Shown: positions 38,871 to 51,098 of the stretch, piece after piece | Numbering within the stretch: position 1 is the stretch's first letter | Layout: the number at the start of each line of letters is the position of its first letter | Origin: Lytechinus pictus | Taxonomy: Eukaryota | Direction of reading: 5' to 3' | NCBI RefSeq assembly: GCF_037042905.1 | Contig: NC_087251.1 | Span: forward strand, 11,534,001 to 11,598,000 | Length of the DNA: 64,000 bases | Notes under the pieces: model-generated | Databases searched by the model: none | The model's input: the letters and a program-made list of their open reading frames with translations, nothing else | Told to the model about the DNA's origin: nothing | Program-made: the position numbers and the translations under genes

Positions 38871-39522
38871 AATTAGTGGGGGGGGGGGGTGTCGCCCCCG
38901 GTCCTCACCCCCTTTTTAGCGACGGTCCTGCCCTGATCGTACATGTGAATATTTTCATGGACATCTTCATGGATTTCTCCAAGAATCAAGTTCCCTAGCT
39001 ATTAGTCAAGAAAAATACATAAATGTTTATAGGTTGTTGCCCTTATCATAATATCCTGGTACTAAGTAATACTGTATAGTGCCATTGTTTTGGGTTTCGG
39101 TGAAAAGTGCATAGATACAGGCTATATCTTAATCCAAATCAATAAAACAAGAAAGTCACTACTAAATGTAATTGCCATTTTAAAAGAAACTCTTCCCAAT
39201 ATCAACCTCATGTTTATACTTAGACAGCTGGCAGCCGTCTGTTTCGAGGAGTTTTTTAACATTTTATTTTTTTTCATTTCTCTGAGTGGAGCCAACGGAG
39301 TTTAGCGGAACGACCAACATAACAGAGACCGAAGCTTTTGGTCTAGGATATACTATGAGTATAAATGAAACCATTTATGATTTGCTATTTTCAAATCACG
39401 ATAGACTTTTTTTTTTCATTCGTTAACTTCCTCCGTTCGATCTCGCTGTTGGTCGCTAGCTAGCTAGACAGGGTACGCTATCGATATCGCTAGCTAAGCT
39501 AGATCAATTTGTCGCATCACAC

Positions 39523-42434
39523 CATAGAGATGTATACTAGTAACGCTAGAGGGCGTACTTCGTCAAATCGCTGTGATTACGTGGAGACCGTCCGCCATTG
39601 CTCGATAGGTATTCGCAGCCTGCCATGCGCGTACAGTACCTATGGGGCATGTACACGGATGAGCACAGAACATGACAAATTGATGACATATGAGCACGAA
39701 AGCATATGGAAAAGCAAAATTGTAAATATTGCACTGGATTAAAGTTCAAATACAACAAAAATCTAGCAAAACTGAGGTCAAAAGGCCTATATAGGCCTAT
39801 CTATAGCGCATAATATAGGCCGATACAGCTATAATACAGGCAAACGATTTAAAGTCCCAATTGTTTTTGCTTAGGTAAAATTTCGATACATTAATATGAC
39901 TTCTATTTTCTAATGATTTGGAAGAGATGAATATCAAAAATAACATTTAGGCCTAGGTCCTGATATATAAATTTAATGTGTTTTAATATGATTTGATGTA
40001 CATTAACCTAAGAAAATTCATAGGCCATATCACAGTGTCTGATGCATCTGAGACGCTGTATCGAAAAAAAAACCACGATTGTATTTTTATAGTTCATAGT
40101 TTCCTAATTACTATTATGCTGATTGCTGATAATTTATTTCTTCACTTTAGATAATTGTTATAATTCATTTTCCATATATATATCTACACAATAGGGCCTA
40201 TAATAACTCGATCCCTTTTCCCCATGTCTTACACGCTGATGTAAACCAACATCACAAAAACTCGCGAATCATAAAATGACTTTTTATTGATATTTGGAAA
40301 TGATTTACGCATTGATTCAGTTAAAAATTGATGATTTAGATTTCCTTTGCTGGCAACCATCCCATCATATTTATAAATATGTATATAAAAGTATACTTTC
40401 TTACTTGCGATCAATGTATAGAAAAGTTTGTTGACAGCAAAATTTGCATATCAAATGCGCGCATGCAGTCGTACAATTTTGCAATGTACAGGAGGCCTAA
40501 TGGGGGGTTGGATGTTTATGTACAGTGTTATTGCCTTGCAAACATTTTAAAACTTCGGAGAGTAAACAAATCACAATGCGCAAAACAATTTTACTTTGAT
40601 TTTCTGGAAAGTATAGACTTGATTCTCCCCGGCTGAAAATATGCTGATCGGCAAACTGGCTGAAATATTTTGTTTATCGCCGTTGTTTCTGATCCTATAA
40701 TGATTGGACCAATATCATGTGAACAAATCAAGGATAGAATAATAAGGAGAGGAAGAAGGGGGAGAAGGAGAGAAGAAAAGGGGCGGGATTATGATATATA
40801 ATTTGTATTATACTATAAAGAATATTATTACTACTGCAAGAGTGTATAAAACTAATATCATGAAAGACATCAATGCAAACTTATCATAATTATGAAAACG
40901 GTTGCAAAATTGTGAGTACTAAAACCAAACATAATTATGAAACAATAATATTGCAAAAGTGACAATACTTGGAATAAGATATTAAAGATCCTAATTTAAT
41001 CTCAAATTTGATACCTGCCTTGAAATTGTGTTAATTAACTGTGTCTGTGTCGCTTGAATAAATGAACTTTATGGCAAATATTTGTAAGCACTGGCACCGG
41101 CCTAACATATAAACAGATAAACACGCGTTTTGAATATCCAGTTTTGTTTTTCATTTTAAAAGTATAACTGAATTTGATTTTCTAGTTTTCTTCCTTTAAT
41201 GTCATTTGCTGGCCTATGGACCTGAGTTTGGTTATTCGATCAGTTTTTTTTTAAATAAGATTTCCATGGATGAACAAAATTATTATATTATGTTACGGCG
41301 TCGCGGAATGATTTTGAAAGTGATGGGGTGTATAAAATCACAATCATTTATTATGTGTAATGTTCATTTTCATTTCAGGGAGGGGTCCGGTCGCGCCCCC
41401 TGTATTTTATTTTGATCAGTATGTTAAAGCGAATTTGCTTAGGTGTGTTTGTTATTTTAATTGCACACACGGCCCCTAAAAAGCGAATTAAAACAAATCT
41501 AACTTAAAGTGAAGGGAATTAAAACTGTCATTTTTGAAAAGTTTGAACAAATTAGGCTATATTCTCGACATTTTAAATCAATATTTTATTTTCGGGCCAT
41601 ATAGGCCTGCAGATTTTGGGGAATTTATTATGTTCCTATAAGAACAAAATCAGCACGTTCACCAAATAACACGAATTTCAACATTGATGGTGTAACGGGA
41701 GGCTCACCAAGAACAATAATGAGATGCCCTTTAATAGCGCATGTAGATCAAAACACTAACTTATACAGAATTATTGTACAACTTAATATATAAAAATGAT
41801 AGGCCTATATTTCATACAAATTGAAGCAAGTTACATATCATGTAGGCCTATATAGAAATTACAAAATTATATCCAACATAAACATAGAATCAAAGGACGT
41901 ATATGTGGGAAGGATGGAAGGAGGACGATGCAGTTAAAGGTAGGGAAATCCAGAGAAGGGCTAATTCACTGCAGTCTTTTGAATTAATTGTCAATCTTTC
42001 TATTAATGTCCGCTGTATGTTTTTATTTTTATATGATTGTTTATATGATAGTATATCAACATTGTTATCTATTACAGGCCTATAAACGGACAGGTAAATG
42101 CAAATTATTTAGAATTTCATCCCGAGAAATCAGGTTTTTAAAATGCCAAATTAATAGCATAATCCCCATGTAATCACTCTAATAGTGTATTGAGATGCAA
42201 TTTGTCATTCATATTTTCGATTTTTATGAGGTTGTATTCTTTTCTTCAAGATAAAGGCCGGAGACGGCACCCCTTTTCACAGCGTTACAACGCACGAGCT
42301 ATGGGTACATCCGGGTACTTTTGCGAATCTATACCTATCGAGCAATGGCCGCCACGCTCCACACAATCACAGACGTTAAGTACGCGCGCCTATGGCGACT
42401 CCGCACTCTAGCGTAGTTAGTATACATCTCTATG
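39523..42434. mobile_element. 2.9-kb non-autonomous P-superfamily-like element
   Basis: TIR CATAGAGATGTATACTA (17/17, extending to about 33 bp with 4 mismatches). 8-bp TSD CATCACAC (39515-39522 and 42435-42442). A second subterminal inverted motif GCCATTGCTCGATAGGTAT lies at about 39594 and 42331. Confidence 0.88.
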
Positions 42435-42508
42435 CATCACACAGATACATGATCACGACCGTGTTCTCTCTTACTTATTGAGCTGGAAAGGAAAGATAAA
42501 TAATAACG

Positions 42509-42600
42509 ATGTCTGTGAATCAAATTGAGATCATAGAAATAGACAAATGGATCGAAGAGAATAAGAAGTTTTTTCTCCCACCTGTGTGCAACAAGATGAT
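42509..42600 (+). CDS. HAAO: 3-hydroxyanthranilate 3,4-dioxygenase, coding exon 1
   Basis: Encodes MSVNQIEIIEIDKWIEENKKFFLPPVCNKM(M), with the HAAO W.EEN...F.PPVCNK motif. Donor AT|GTAAGT, phase 2. Missed by the ORF track. Confidence 0.93.
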
Positions 42601-42674
42601 GTAAGTGAATAGGCTCAATCGGTCTGCAAAAATGAGGGCAAGCCCCTACCGGCTACCGGTACGGTACGGTTATT

Positions 42675-43246
42675 AAACCCAGGGAGCTCCCGCCCGCGCA
42701 GCGGGCGGGAGCCCAGGAGCTTACCGTGTATTTGACCATAGGCATAGTCACCGGACTAGGGTGATTTATGGTCTAAATATTTCTCCAAATGAATTGTGAA
42801 AACAGAAAGTATACAATAACCACGATTATATGGATGAAGGTCTAACGAGTGGCAGTTTCCTGACATCTGGGCACAGACTGGAACCTCAAAAAAACGAAAA
42901 CTTAAAGTTCTCTCCTCTACCCCAGTCCCGACCCCAGTCTCGATCGGCCATTTTGTTATGATAATTGATATGATTCATAACAAAAATTGCCGATTTAGAC
43001 TGGGGTAGAAGGAGAGAACTTTTCGTTTTTTTGAGGTTCCAGTCTGTGCCTCGATGTCAGGAAACTGCCACTCGTTAGACCTTCATCCATATAATCGTAG
43101 TAAGTGCATAATTTCTGTTTTCACAATTCATTTGGACTTGGAGAAATATTTAGACCATAAATCACGCTAGTCCCGTGAGTATGGTCAAATACACGGTAAG
43201 CCCCTGGGCTCCCGCCCGCACAGCGGGCGGGAGATCCCTGGGTTAG
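42675..43246. mobile_element. ~570-bp foldback (whole-element palindrome) with terminal GC hairpins
   Basis: Arms of about 280 bp, aacccagggagctcccgcccgc... / ...gcgggcgggagatccctgggtt, with a central spacer of about 14 nt. Confidence 0.85.
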
Positions 43247-43717
43247 ATATAACCTTGACTTGTTCTCAGTTATATGTTAGGGCCTATAGTATAGTATATT
43301 TATATTATAATCTTGTGACTTTTGTGTGGCAAAAAAGGGTGGCAATGTTTGGCTTATTTTCACTTTTTCTTTGGGACAAATGCTTCATTTTTTTTACACT
43401 GACAGTTTCCATTACACCTATTCGTCATACAACTTGGCTCTTAAGTAAATTTGATTCTTTAAATTATTATTTTCTTAATTAAAAATAGAGATAAAAAAAT
43501 GACAATTTTCTTGCCATATTACTTTCCACCAATAGAGGGCGTACACAAAAATATGCCCAAAAATCAAGTTTTTGAGCGCTCTGGTGAATACAAAAATTAT
43601 TCCCAAGTTACTAATGAAAAATAAATTGCAACTGTATGAAAATTAGTAATTTTGGTTACAAAAGTGATATTTTAATGATTTTTTAAAGCGTGTGCTCTGT
43701 ACAACATTGGCATACCA

Positions 43718-44486
43718 TAGTCTGTCTAGACCAAAAGCTTTAGTCTCTGTATTTTGGTTGTTCCGCTGAACTGCGTTGGCTCAATCGCCAATACATAGAC
43801 TGAAGAGCTTGGAGGCCCGTACGTACAGACAACGTATTAGCAGTAACGTTAGTTCTAACTTACTCTAGCATTCGGCGAAAACCCGATATTCCGATCGTTT
43901 TTTGTACATAAAATGTCACATTATGAAAAAGAAATCACATCCATATTTACGAAAAAATGTTTAAAATTCAGAAATATTGTACCTTAGACCGCAGTTACCG
44001 CTAATTCCTTTAAAATGATGATCGAAACATCGTCATCTTCGATCCTTTCGTTGGTCAACGTAAGTTGCCATCTTGGACGACGTCATCATCCTTACAGACG
44101 TATTTACCAGTCGCTATATATCGAGATTTGTGCCGCTGCTTTGCGCTTGTAGATGTGCCTTGATCGCATTGATTGGCCAGGATATAGAAAATTTAATCGG
44201 AAAGCCTTGATAAAAGCACAACTCGTTGAACGTAAAGGACAACAATGCACGGCTGCCATTTTTTCCTTTCCGGCAGAAAATTTAAAAAAAAGGAATAACG
44301 GGGGAATAACTCATCGGTAACGTATATTTTCGACATTTTTGTTGAATTTACATAGTATCAAAAGAAAGATTAAAGTCTAACGAAAATAGTGGGCCTTCGT
44401 TCAAGATAATATAATGTCATTTAGAATCTAAAAAAAATTAAAATGCAGGCTCGCACTAACACACTACCGTCGGTGAATGGGGACTA
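43718..44486. mobile_element. TAG...CTA (Academ-like) non-autonomous element; an inverted end of the same family lies at about 39290-39355
   Basis: tagtctgtctagaccaaaagctttagtctctgt...cgttggctc resembles the reverse complement of 39290-39355. The right end (gacta) is tentative. Confidence 0.5.
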
Positions 44487-46664
44487 CAGTAAAATGTCAG
44501 AAATTGTTGAATAAATCCCCGGAAACGACGGTTATTCCTGTCTAACCCTAGTCCTACCTGTAGATTCCCCACAGGCAGGATGGTTGCAGTGAACAAGTGG
44601 GCAGTATCCTGACATCGAGGCACAGACTGGAACCTAAAAAAAAACGAAGTTCTGTCGCGGTAGCTCTTCTTTCAGAATTCATATAGTCTAGTTCTAGACG
44701 ATTTTAAACGAATCTATTTGCACCACGATATAATATGTTCTATTCCGTGCGTACGCCCAGCCGAGTGTGCGCGCAAAACCGAGAACCTGTACTCCGAGGA
44801 AAAATCGTCTAGACCAGTTGCTCTGCGGTGACGTCAGAGGTCAAAGGTCAACGGACGAGTGCTTCATAAATATGCATGAGTTACTTGTCAATCTCGCCGC
44901 GCCGAACAACAGTGCAACGTTGTTTACGTTTTGCACGTGTTATCAGCTGTGTGCATGCATTGTACACATGGGATTGATGTAATACTCAGTAGATCTATGT
45001 GATATGAATACATGTACACGTATCATACGAAAGTTTGAGATAGTTCATTATTTTTAAGGCTACAAATAGACATTTCATTGTTGGGAAATTACTGTAACAT
45101 GCATAGGCCTATAGTTATTTCACTCAATGTGCATATCTTGGTTAAATCTGTGGGTATGATGTATACCATCATGATATATGAAAGAAGGTGCTAATGTACC
45201 AAATTTCAAACTTCAAAACAATACAGACTAGTTTTTCCACTTTATTCAGATGGAATAATTAATATATACAAGTTTGAATGATATATTTTATATTCTTCTT
45301 CATCTACACATGTAATTACATAGAGGTAATTTGTCTTAGTATGGGTATTGAAAATTAAGACTCATAAATGTAAACTCTCATTCTTGTGAATGGATCACAT
45401 CACGGTACATTTTACTGTGGGCACTTGTAAATATATCATTTTCAATGTCTTCTTTACATATTTCACTGTCAGAGAGTATGACAAAAAGGGTTGAGAAGTA
45501 CATGTACTTTGTACAGATTAGTACAGAGCTGTGAAAGGGATAAGGAAAACAGAATAAAAATCATTAATGATTTTTAAAAGTAGATTAATCTCAGGCTCAC
45601 AAAAATTTTGTATGCGGATTTTGATGCGTGCAGTGCATCAGATTTTGGAAGAAAATCTTTGCAGTTGTCCTTGGAACTTTTAGTTTATTTATTTACTTTA
45701 CATGAACATCTAGATAATGCGTACAATTATTTTTGTTGTTCAGCTACATTATAATCTAGCTACATGTAGCCAGGAAATGATATTGCCAATGATGTACATG
45801 AAGCCTCTTCTATAAATAAAGGCACCTTTTCTCATTACATTTGAAGTACAGTATTTATGAAATATATTTTTGCAGCCATTATGAAAGAGCATTGTGTTCA
45901 GATCTACATGTAACTTGCCAGTTAATTAAATTGCTAGTAACTATTCCATTGCAGTGTAAGTTTTACATGTAGTTTGCATAGGCGGATCCAGCTTTTGGCG
46001 AAAGGGGGGGGGGGGGGCACACTGCCGAGCGGCGCACATAATTATTTTTGCACTTCACCGGCGCCATAAAAGAAAATGTTGAAAAAGGGGTAAAGTCTGA
46101 CCCTGTCAAATGCTCTTTTCAAAATGTAGGATTTTCAGTCATGCCATTTTGCATGACCACACGCAGATAATATTTCCGGGGGGGGGGGGGGGGGGGGTAA
46201 CTCGAACATATTTTTGAAAAAATAAAAACGATAGAGTAAACGGTCCGAGCTGCTCAATGGGGCGATTATTTTTTTACAAGTGTAATAAAAGTATTTGGTG
46301 CACATCTCACATTTGCACATTTTTCATAGTTTTCATGAAATGTTAAGGGAAAAAATGTGTTTTCACAACAACTGATCGGGAATTTGCCCCCCCCCCCCTT
46401 CCCCCTTGCTGCGTACGAACATTCCCTGAAGTCCACTTAAACATATATCATTATAACAGAAAATATACATGAATATAAACATACTGTATAATCTTTCTAA
46501 GACATATATAGAGAGAGATTGAAAAAATTATTAAAGAAAGAAACAAACAAATTATGCATGTTATGTGCGATTTCAAAATCTCGTGTACTAACCCTTTTAT
46601 TGCGATGAGGCAAATACTTGTGTATATTAATTGAGATACAAGTTTTTTTTTTACTATATATACA

Positions 46665-47430
46665 AAGGGGCGTCGATCCTTTTTTCAGATTGGGGGGGGG
46701 GGCAAAATCATGAATCAACTTTCCAAAGGCGCTCGATCACACAAAACAAACTCACACACACTCATATGTATATATATATATATATATATTTCAGCGCGAG
46801 CTGAAATTTTTTAGTATACTGACCTGAAAACAGGAAAAAGGTGCCTTTTAAAGACTGTTTGTAGTAACTCATGAGGAGAATACATATCTCACTACACAGA
46901 TAATGCGAGTGCCGAGGGCGAGCTGAAATTTCTTTATATTCTGACCAGAAAGCTTGATATCTTATATGCATTTTGGTACCAATGATTAAGATGGGTATCT
47001 AAAAAAGACAATAGATGCGAGCGCGAAGCGCGAGCTTAAAATTTTAATATTTCGATCTGAAAAAAATGAGTTTAATGGACGTTTTTAAAAAAGAACAAGA
47101 TTATATCCAACAAAAGATTATTGCAAATCGAAGCGGGACTTCTTTTGAGGTTTAGAACTGAGAACGGGACATTCTATTCACCTATGTAATTATGAAAAGT
47201 ATGGGGTTTTGCTACAGAAATGGTGCGAGCGCGAAGCGCGAGCTGAAAATTTTTATATTGCAATCTGAAAAGCGGACAATTTGAGCACGATTTTAAACAA
47301 AGAACGAGTTGTGTAGCTCAATCTTGCTTGCTGATTTCTGTGTAACATTACCATCTTATTTTATTTTTGTACATGCGGAATTATTGGGGGAGGAGGGGGT
47401 GGGCAAAACGATATATGATCGACGCCTCTG
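46665..47430. mobile_element. Non-autonomous hAT-like element with the GCGAAGC satellite
   Basis: TIR (A)AGGGGCGTCGATC ... GATCGACGCCTCTG. 8-bp TSD TATATACA (46657-46664 and 47431-47438). Confidence 0.8.
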
Positions 47431-48239
47431 TATATACAATGATACTACATCATGAATCATTCGGAATACATCACCAATCCAGGTTTATATATTATCATTC
47501 AATTTTTCATGTACATGATGTATACATCATGTACAGAATTTAGTATATATTGTGATGCTTTTCACTAAATCTAATGCAATTTGTAATGATGAGTAATTTT
47601 ATCTAATTAATTTGATGAAACTGGATATGATGGTTATGACCTGAATTCAGAAAGAGATCCTTCAAGACAGAGCTTTGGAAATAGTTCTCCTGTTTTACAG
47701 GTATCGTTATCTTTGTTTTTAACTTCTTCCTGAGTGATCAGATGAATAATATTTAACTTAATGGAAGATGAAAATAAATCAAATTTTGTGGGGTAAACAT
47801 TTAAACGTTAAAACAAAGATATTGACAAACTGTATTAATACATTGAAAATGATATTTAGTGGTTTAAGGTCTAACGAATATACGTCTGGTTGCGTAATTA
47901 TACACTCCCTGTAATAGCAACGGGTTTTAGCAAAGTTTTGGACTAAAATATCGAATCATCTTCATAAAACACTTTAGTAGCCGTCTTACACTAAAGGCCA
48001 TACAGGTGGCACAACGTGGAATGTGTAAAGAAGAAAAGTGACTGACCTTTTTTTATTAAAGCATTGGAAAATAAGATCAAAATTAAAGGATTTGCTCTAC
48101 GCTTTTGTATGATTCTGGGATATTTTTCAATAACAAAAGTTTAGATTTTATGACATCTGTGTGAAACTCCCCCGCCCCAGTCCACTCTGTAAGGGCATGT
48201 GATAAGCTTTGTTATGACCATTCAACAATAAAATGTATA

Positions 48240-49022
48240 ACCAGGTGCCGCTGACCATTCTTGACCGGCGCCGATCTAGATTTGGTTGGCAATAGGCCCT
48301 TCTTCATTATTCTACCGGCGCCTAATTATTGGAACCAGGGGACGCTGATTATTCTTGACCGGCGCCGATTTAAATTTAGGTGGCGCCGGTTAAGACAAAG
48401 GCAGCGCCGATTTGTCTTGACCGGCGCCGATTTAGAACAAGTAGTGCTGATTATTTTTACCGACGTCCAGACGTCACGTAAGATTCAGGCAGCGGCAAAT
48501 GATCGACTGGCGCCGATTTGGAACCAGGAGGCGCCGATTATTCTTGTCCGGCGCCGATTTAGATTTAGGTGGAGCTGATTATTCTTGATCGGCGCCGGTT
48601 AAGACTCAGGCAGCGCCGATTTATAATCAGATGGCGCTGATTATTCTTGACCAGCCCCGATTTAGAATGGCGCTGATTATCCTTGATCGGCGCCGGTTAA
48701 GAACTCAGGCAGCGCCGATTTTTCTTTACCAGCGCCGATTTATAACCAGATGGCGCCGATTATTCTTGCCCGGCGCCGATTTAGATTTACGTGGAGCTGA
48801 TTATTCTTGTCCGGCCCTGATTTAGATTTAGGTGGCGCTGATTATCATTGATTGGCGCCGGTTAAGAACACAGGTAGCGTCGATTTTTCTTGGCGCCGAT
48901 TTATAACCAAATGGCGGTGATTATTCTTGTCCGGCGCCGATTTAGATTTAGGTAGCGCTGATTATTCTTGATTGGTGCCAGTTATATGCTGGCAGCGCAC
49001 AGCTGATAATTTTTTACCGGCG
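48240..49022. repeat. ~20-22-bp minisatellite with a GGCGCCGATT core
   Basis: More than 30 units with a small set of recurring linkers (attcttgacc, tagatttaggt, aagactcaggc, tataaccagat). Confidence 0.85.
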
Positions 49023-49634
49023 AAGTTGTTGGGAAAAGGGTAGTTAAAAGAAAAGATAAGGAAGATGATATGACATTATTGTGCTTTGCTGGGGGATAGT
49101 ATTTCCTTTACTGTCGCTAATATTATATCAGTGTATATTTTTTTTAAGCGGCGCCTTTTCTTTTCTTTCCTTTATTTTTATTTTTTCAAGCAGCGCCTTT
49201 TCTTTCTTTTACTTTTCTTTTCTTTTTTTTTTTTGGGGGGGGGAGCGCGCCCCCTGCGCCATCCCCCTGGATCCGCCACTGGTTTGTGATTTTTTTAATT
49301 TAGAAGCTGTATTATTAAGAAGTAAATATCTTAAAGTCACTATAGCGTATCTAAGGGGGGGGGGGGCAGTCTGCCCCCCTGACGAGCCACAACCCATGCA
49401 AAGGACGTATCCTGGACCCCTGACGAGATTGAAAGGCCTTTTTTGCCCCCCCCCCTGACGAGCTTGAAGACCTTTATTGCCCCCCCCCCCCCTGACGAGC
49501 TTGAGCTTGAAGACCCTTTTTATTTGCTTGTCAATTTTTTTTCAGGTACGAAGTTCTTTATTTCACGGTGATTGAATACTTTTTTTTGTTTTGTTTTGCC
49601 CCCCCCCTGTGGAAAATTCTAGGTACGCCACTGT

Positions 49635-50860
49635 TTCAATTCAATTCAAATTTATTTATTTCACTTCCATCAAACAAAAACAAATTGTGTACCATATATA
49701 AACATACATTTTTGTATCCGTTGTAAACAAAATTAATGATACATCTGTTGTGAAAAAACACTTAGACAATTTGGGCAACACATTGTAGGTTTTAAATACG
49801 TATACTATTTTTCAATAGAAATTAAATTAAGATGGAAATGGAGGGACCCACTAAAAAGCAATGCTTGTACAATGTGGGCCCCTCAAGAAATAGATAACAC
49901 AACAAATAACAAAATAACAAAGTATAAATACAGATAATCAAATGAGAAAAAATGAATAAATGAGAGGGAAACACTCACAAAATAAATACAAAGTTATCAA
50001 AAATATATAGTTTGATAAAGGACAAAACAACTCGTCCTCAATATCTACCCTTCCCCACCCCCCCCCCCAGAAAAAGAGAAGAAAAAAGGGGAGAATGCCC
50101 TGAGAAGATGGATGGGTGCTGCTGTACGTAGATAGAACACATGCCTCAAGCAAACTGGATTCAATGATGTGTATAAAAGGAGAAAAAATATATAAAATAA
50201 CCTGGAAAGAATATAATGCACAAAAAATAATGATTGATGCCGTAAACAAATAACCGGTAGGAAGGCGGATAAGCGGACAGGAGATGAGAAAATAGAGGAG
50301 AGGATATACACAATAATGAGCATATCTGCATATGAGAAGGACTTGTGTCAGATTTTTTTTTTTTTAATAAAAAAAGGATAATAATTATTTTATGTTTTAA
50401 TTGTGGTGGTGGTGATTTTTTTTTTACCTGATTGCTAAGAAAGCATGAATGCTTGTAAGCAAGCAACCAGAGGACCGACGGCTTAAGGTCCCCTCCGAAG
50501 GACCTTAATTGTAATTGTAATTGTAGTTTAAAGTAATAATGATGACTTGACAGAGATGATGAATTAAACTTAATTTGGGAGTATATTATAAGGTTTTAAT
50601 AGAGATAATTTGAATTTAGTCTTAAAAGAGTTCAAAGATTTTGCATTTGTTATATCATTATGAAGTGAGTTCCATAACTTCGGTCCATCATATATAAATG
50701 CGTTCTGAGCCCGCAACGTTCTTAAAAGTGGTAAATGAAATTCACCCAATCGCCTTGTTGGATAGTTGTGAATGGATTGATTTTTTGGAAACATTGAATT
50801 AAATACATTTGGGAGGTTGTTGTTGTTATAGTTATACATAAACTGACCGAGATTAAAGTG
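49635..50860 (-). mobile_element. L2/CR1-group LINE 3' end with a long UTR and an (ATTGA)n tail
   Basis: ORF 50570-50839 reads LPNVFNSMF..N.SIHNYPTR...GPKLWNSL...SLNSFK. AATAAA and the tail lie at 49635-49660. Confidence 0.85.
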
Positions 50861-51098
50861 ATTAAAGTGATATACTGTACGTACTAATATGACCGACTTG
50901 TTTCGAGTTTTGTTTTACCGCATTCAGGTCATGGTTCTTTATGATTTTTTTTGTTCCAGAGAGAGTTTACTCAGTACACTTCAACATATATATGCAAAAT
51001 GGAGACAATTACTGTATTCTTGTTCTACTGCAAATGCCAATTATTGTTTGGTCAGCCATACTATGAAAAAACTGTACATTTCAGATCAAACTTGCCAG

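Larger units (their letters stand above)
31801..38935. mobile_element. hAT-like element with the GCGAAGC satellite, expanded to 7.1 kb by LINE insertions
   Basis: 8-bp TSD ATCGTACA (31793-31800 and 38936-38943). Termini CAGGAGGGGCGTCGCT ... AGCGACGGTCCTGCCCTG. Confidence 0.8.

Noticed and set aside
42240..42330. Minus-strand VPGCTHS as a THAP-domain remnant in the P-like element
   Set aside because: It lacks the first Cys and the downstream conserved residues, and is too short to support.
15408..42509. COMT-HAAO as a bidirectional-promoter pair or metabolic cluster
   Set aside because: The genes are divergent but 27 kb apart, separated by repeats and a tRNA gene. The sequence gives no evidence of co-regulation; synteny and co-expression data would be needed.
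39290..43790. Inverted TAG/CTA-ended repeats on either side of HAAO exon 1 as a transposon that captured the exon
   Set aside because: The ends face outward (a right end at 39355 and a left end at 43718), so they belong to two separate copies.
48240..49022. CRISPR-like repeat/spacer appearance
   Set aside because: The core is only about 10 bp, the linkers are 10-12 bp and recur, there are no cas genes and the context is a eukaryotic intron. It is a minisatellite.
49379..49515. Repeated CCTGACGAG...GAA units resembling hammerhead cores
   Set aside because: No stem II or III. They are internal repeats of a small hAT-like MITE (about 49339-49633).
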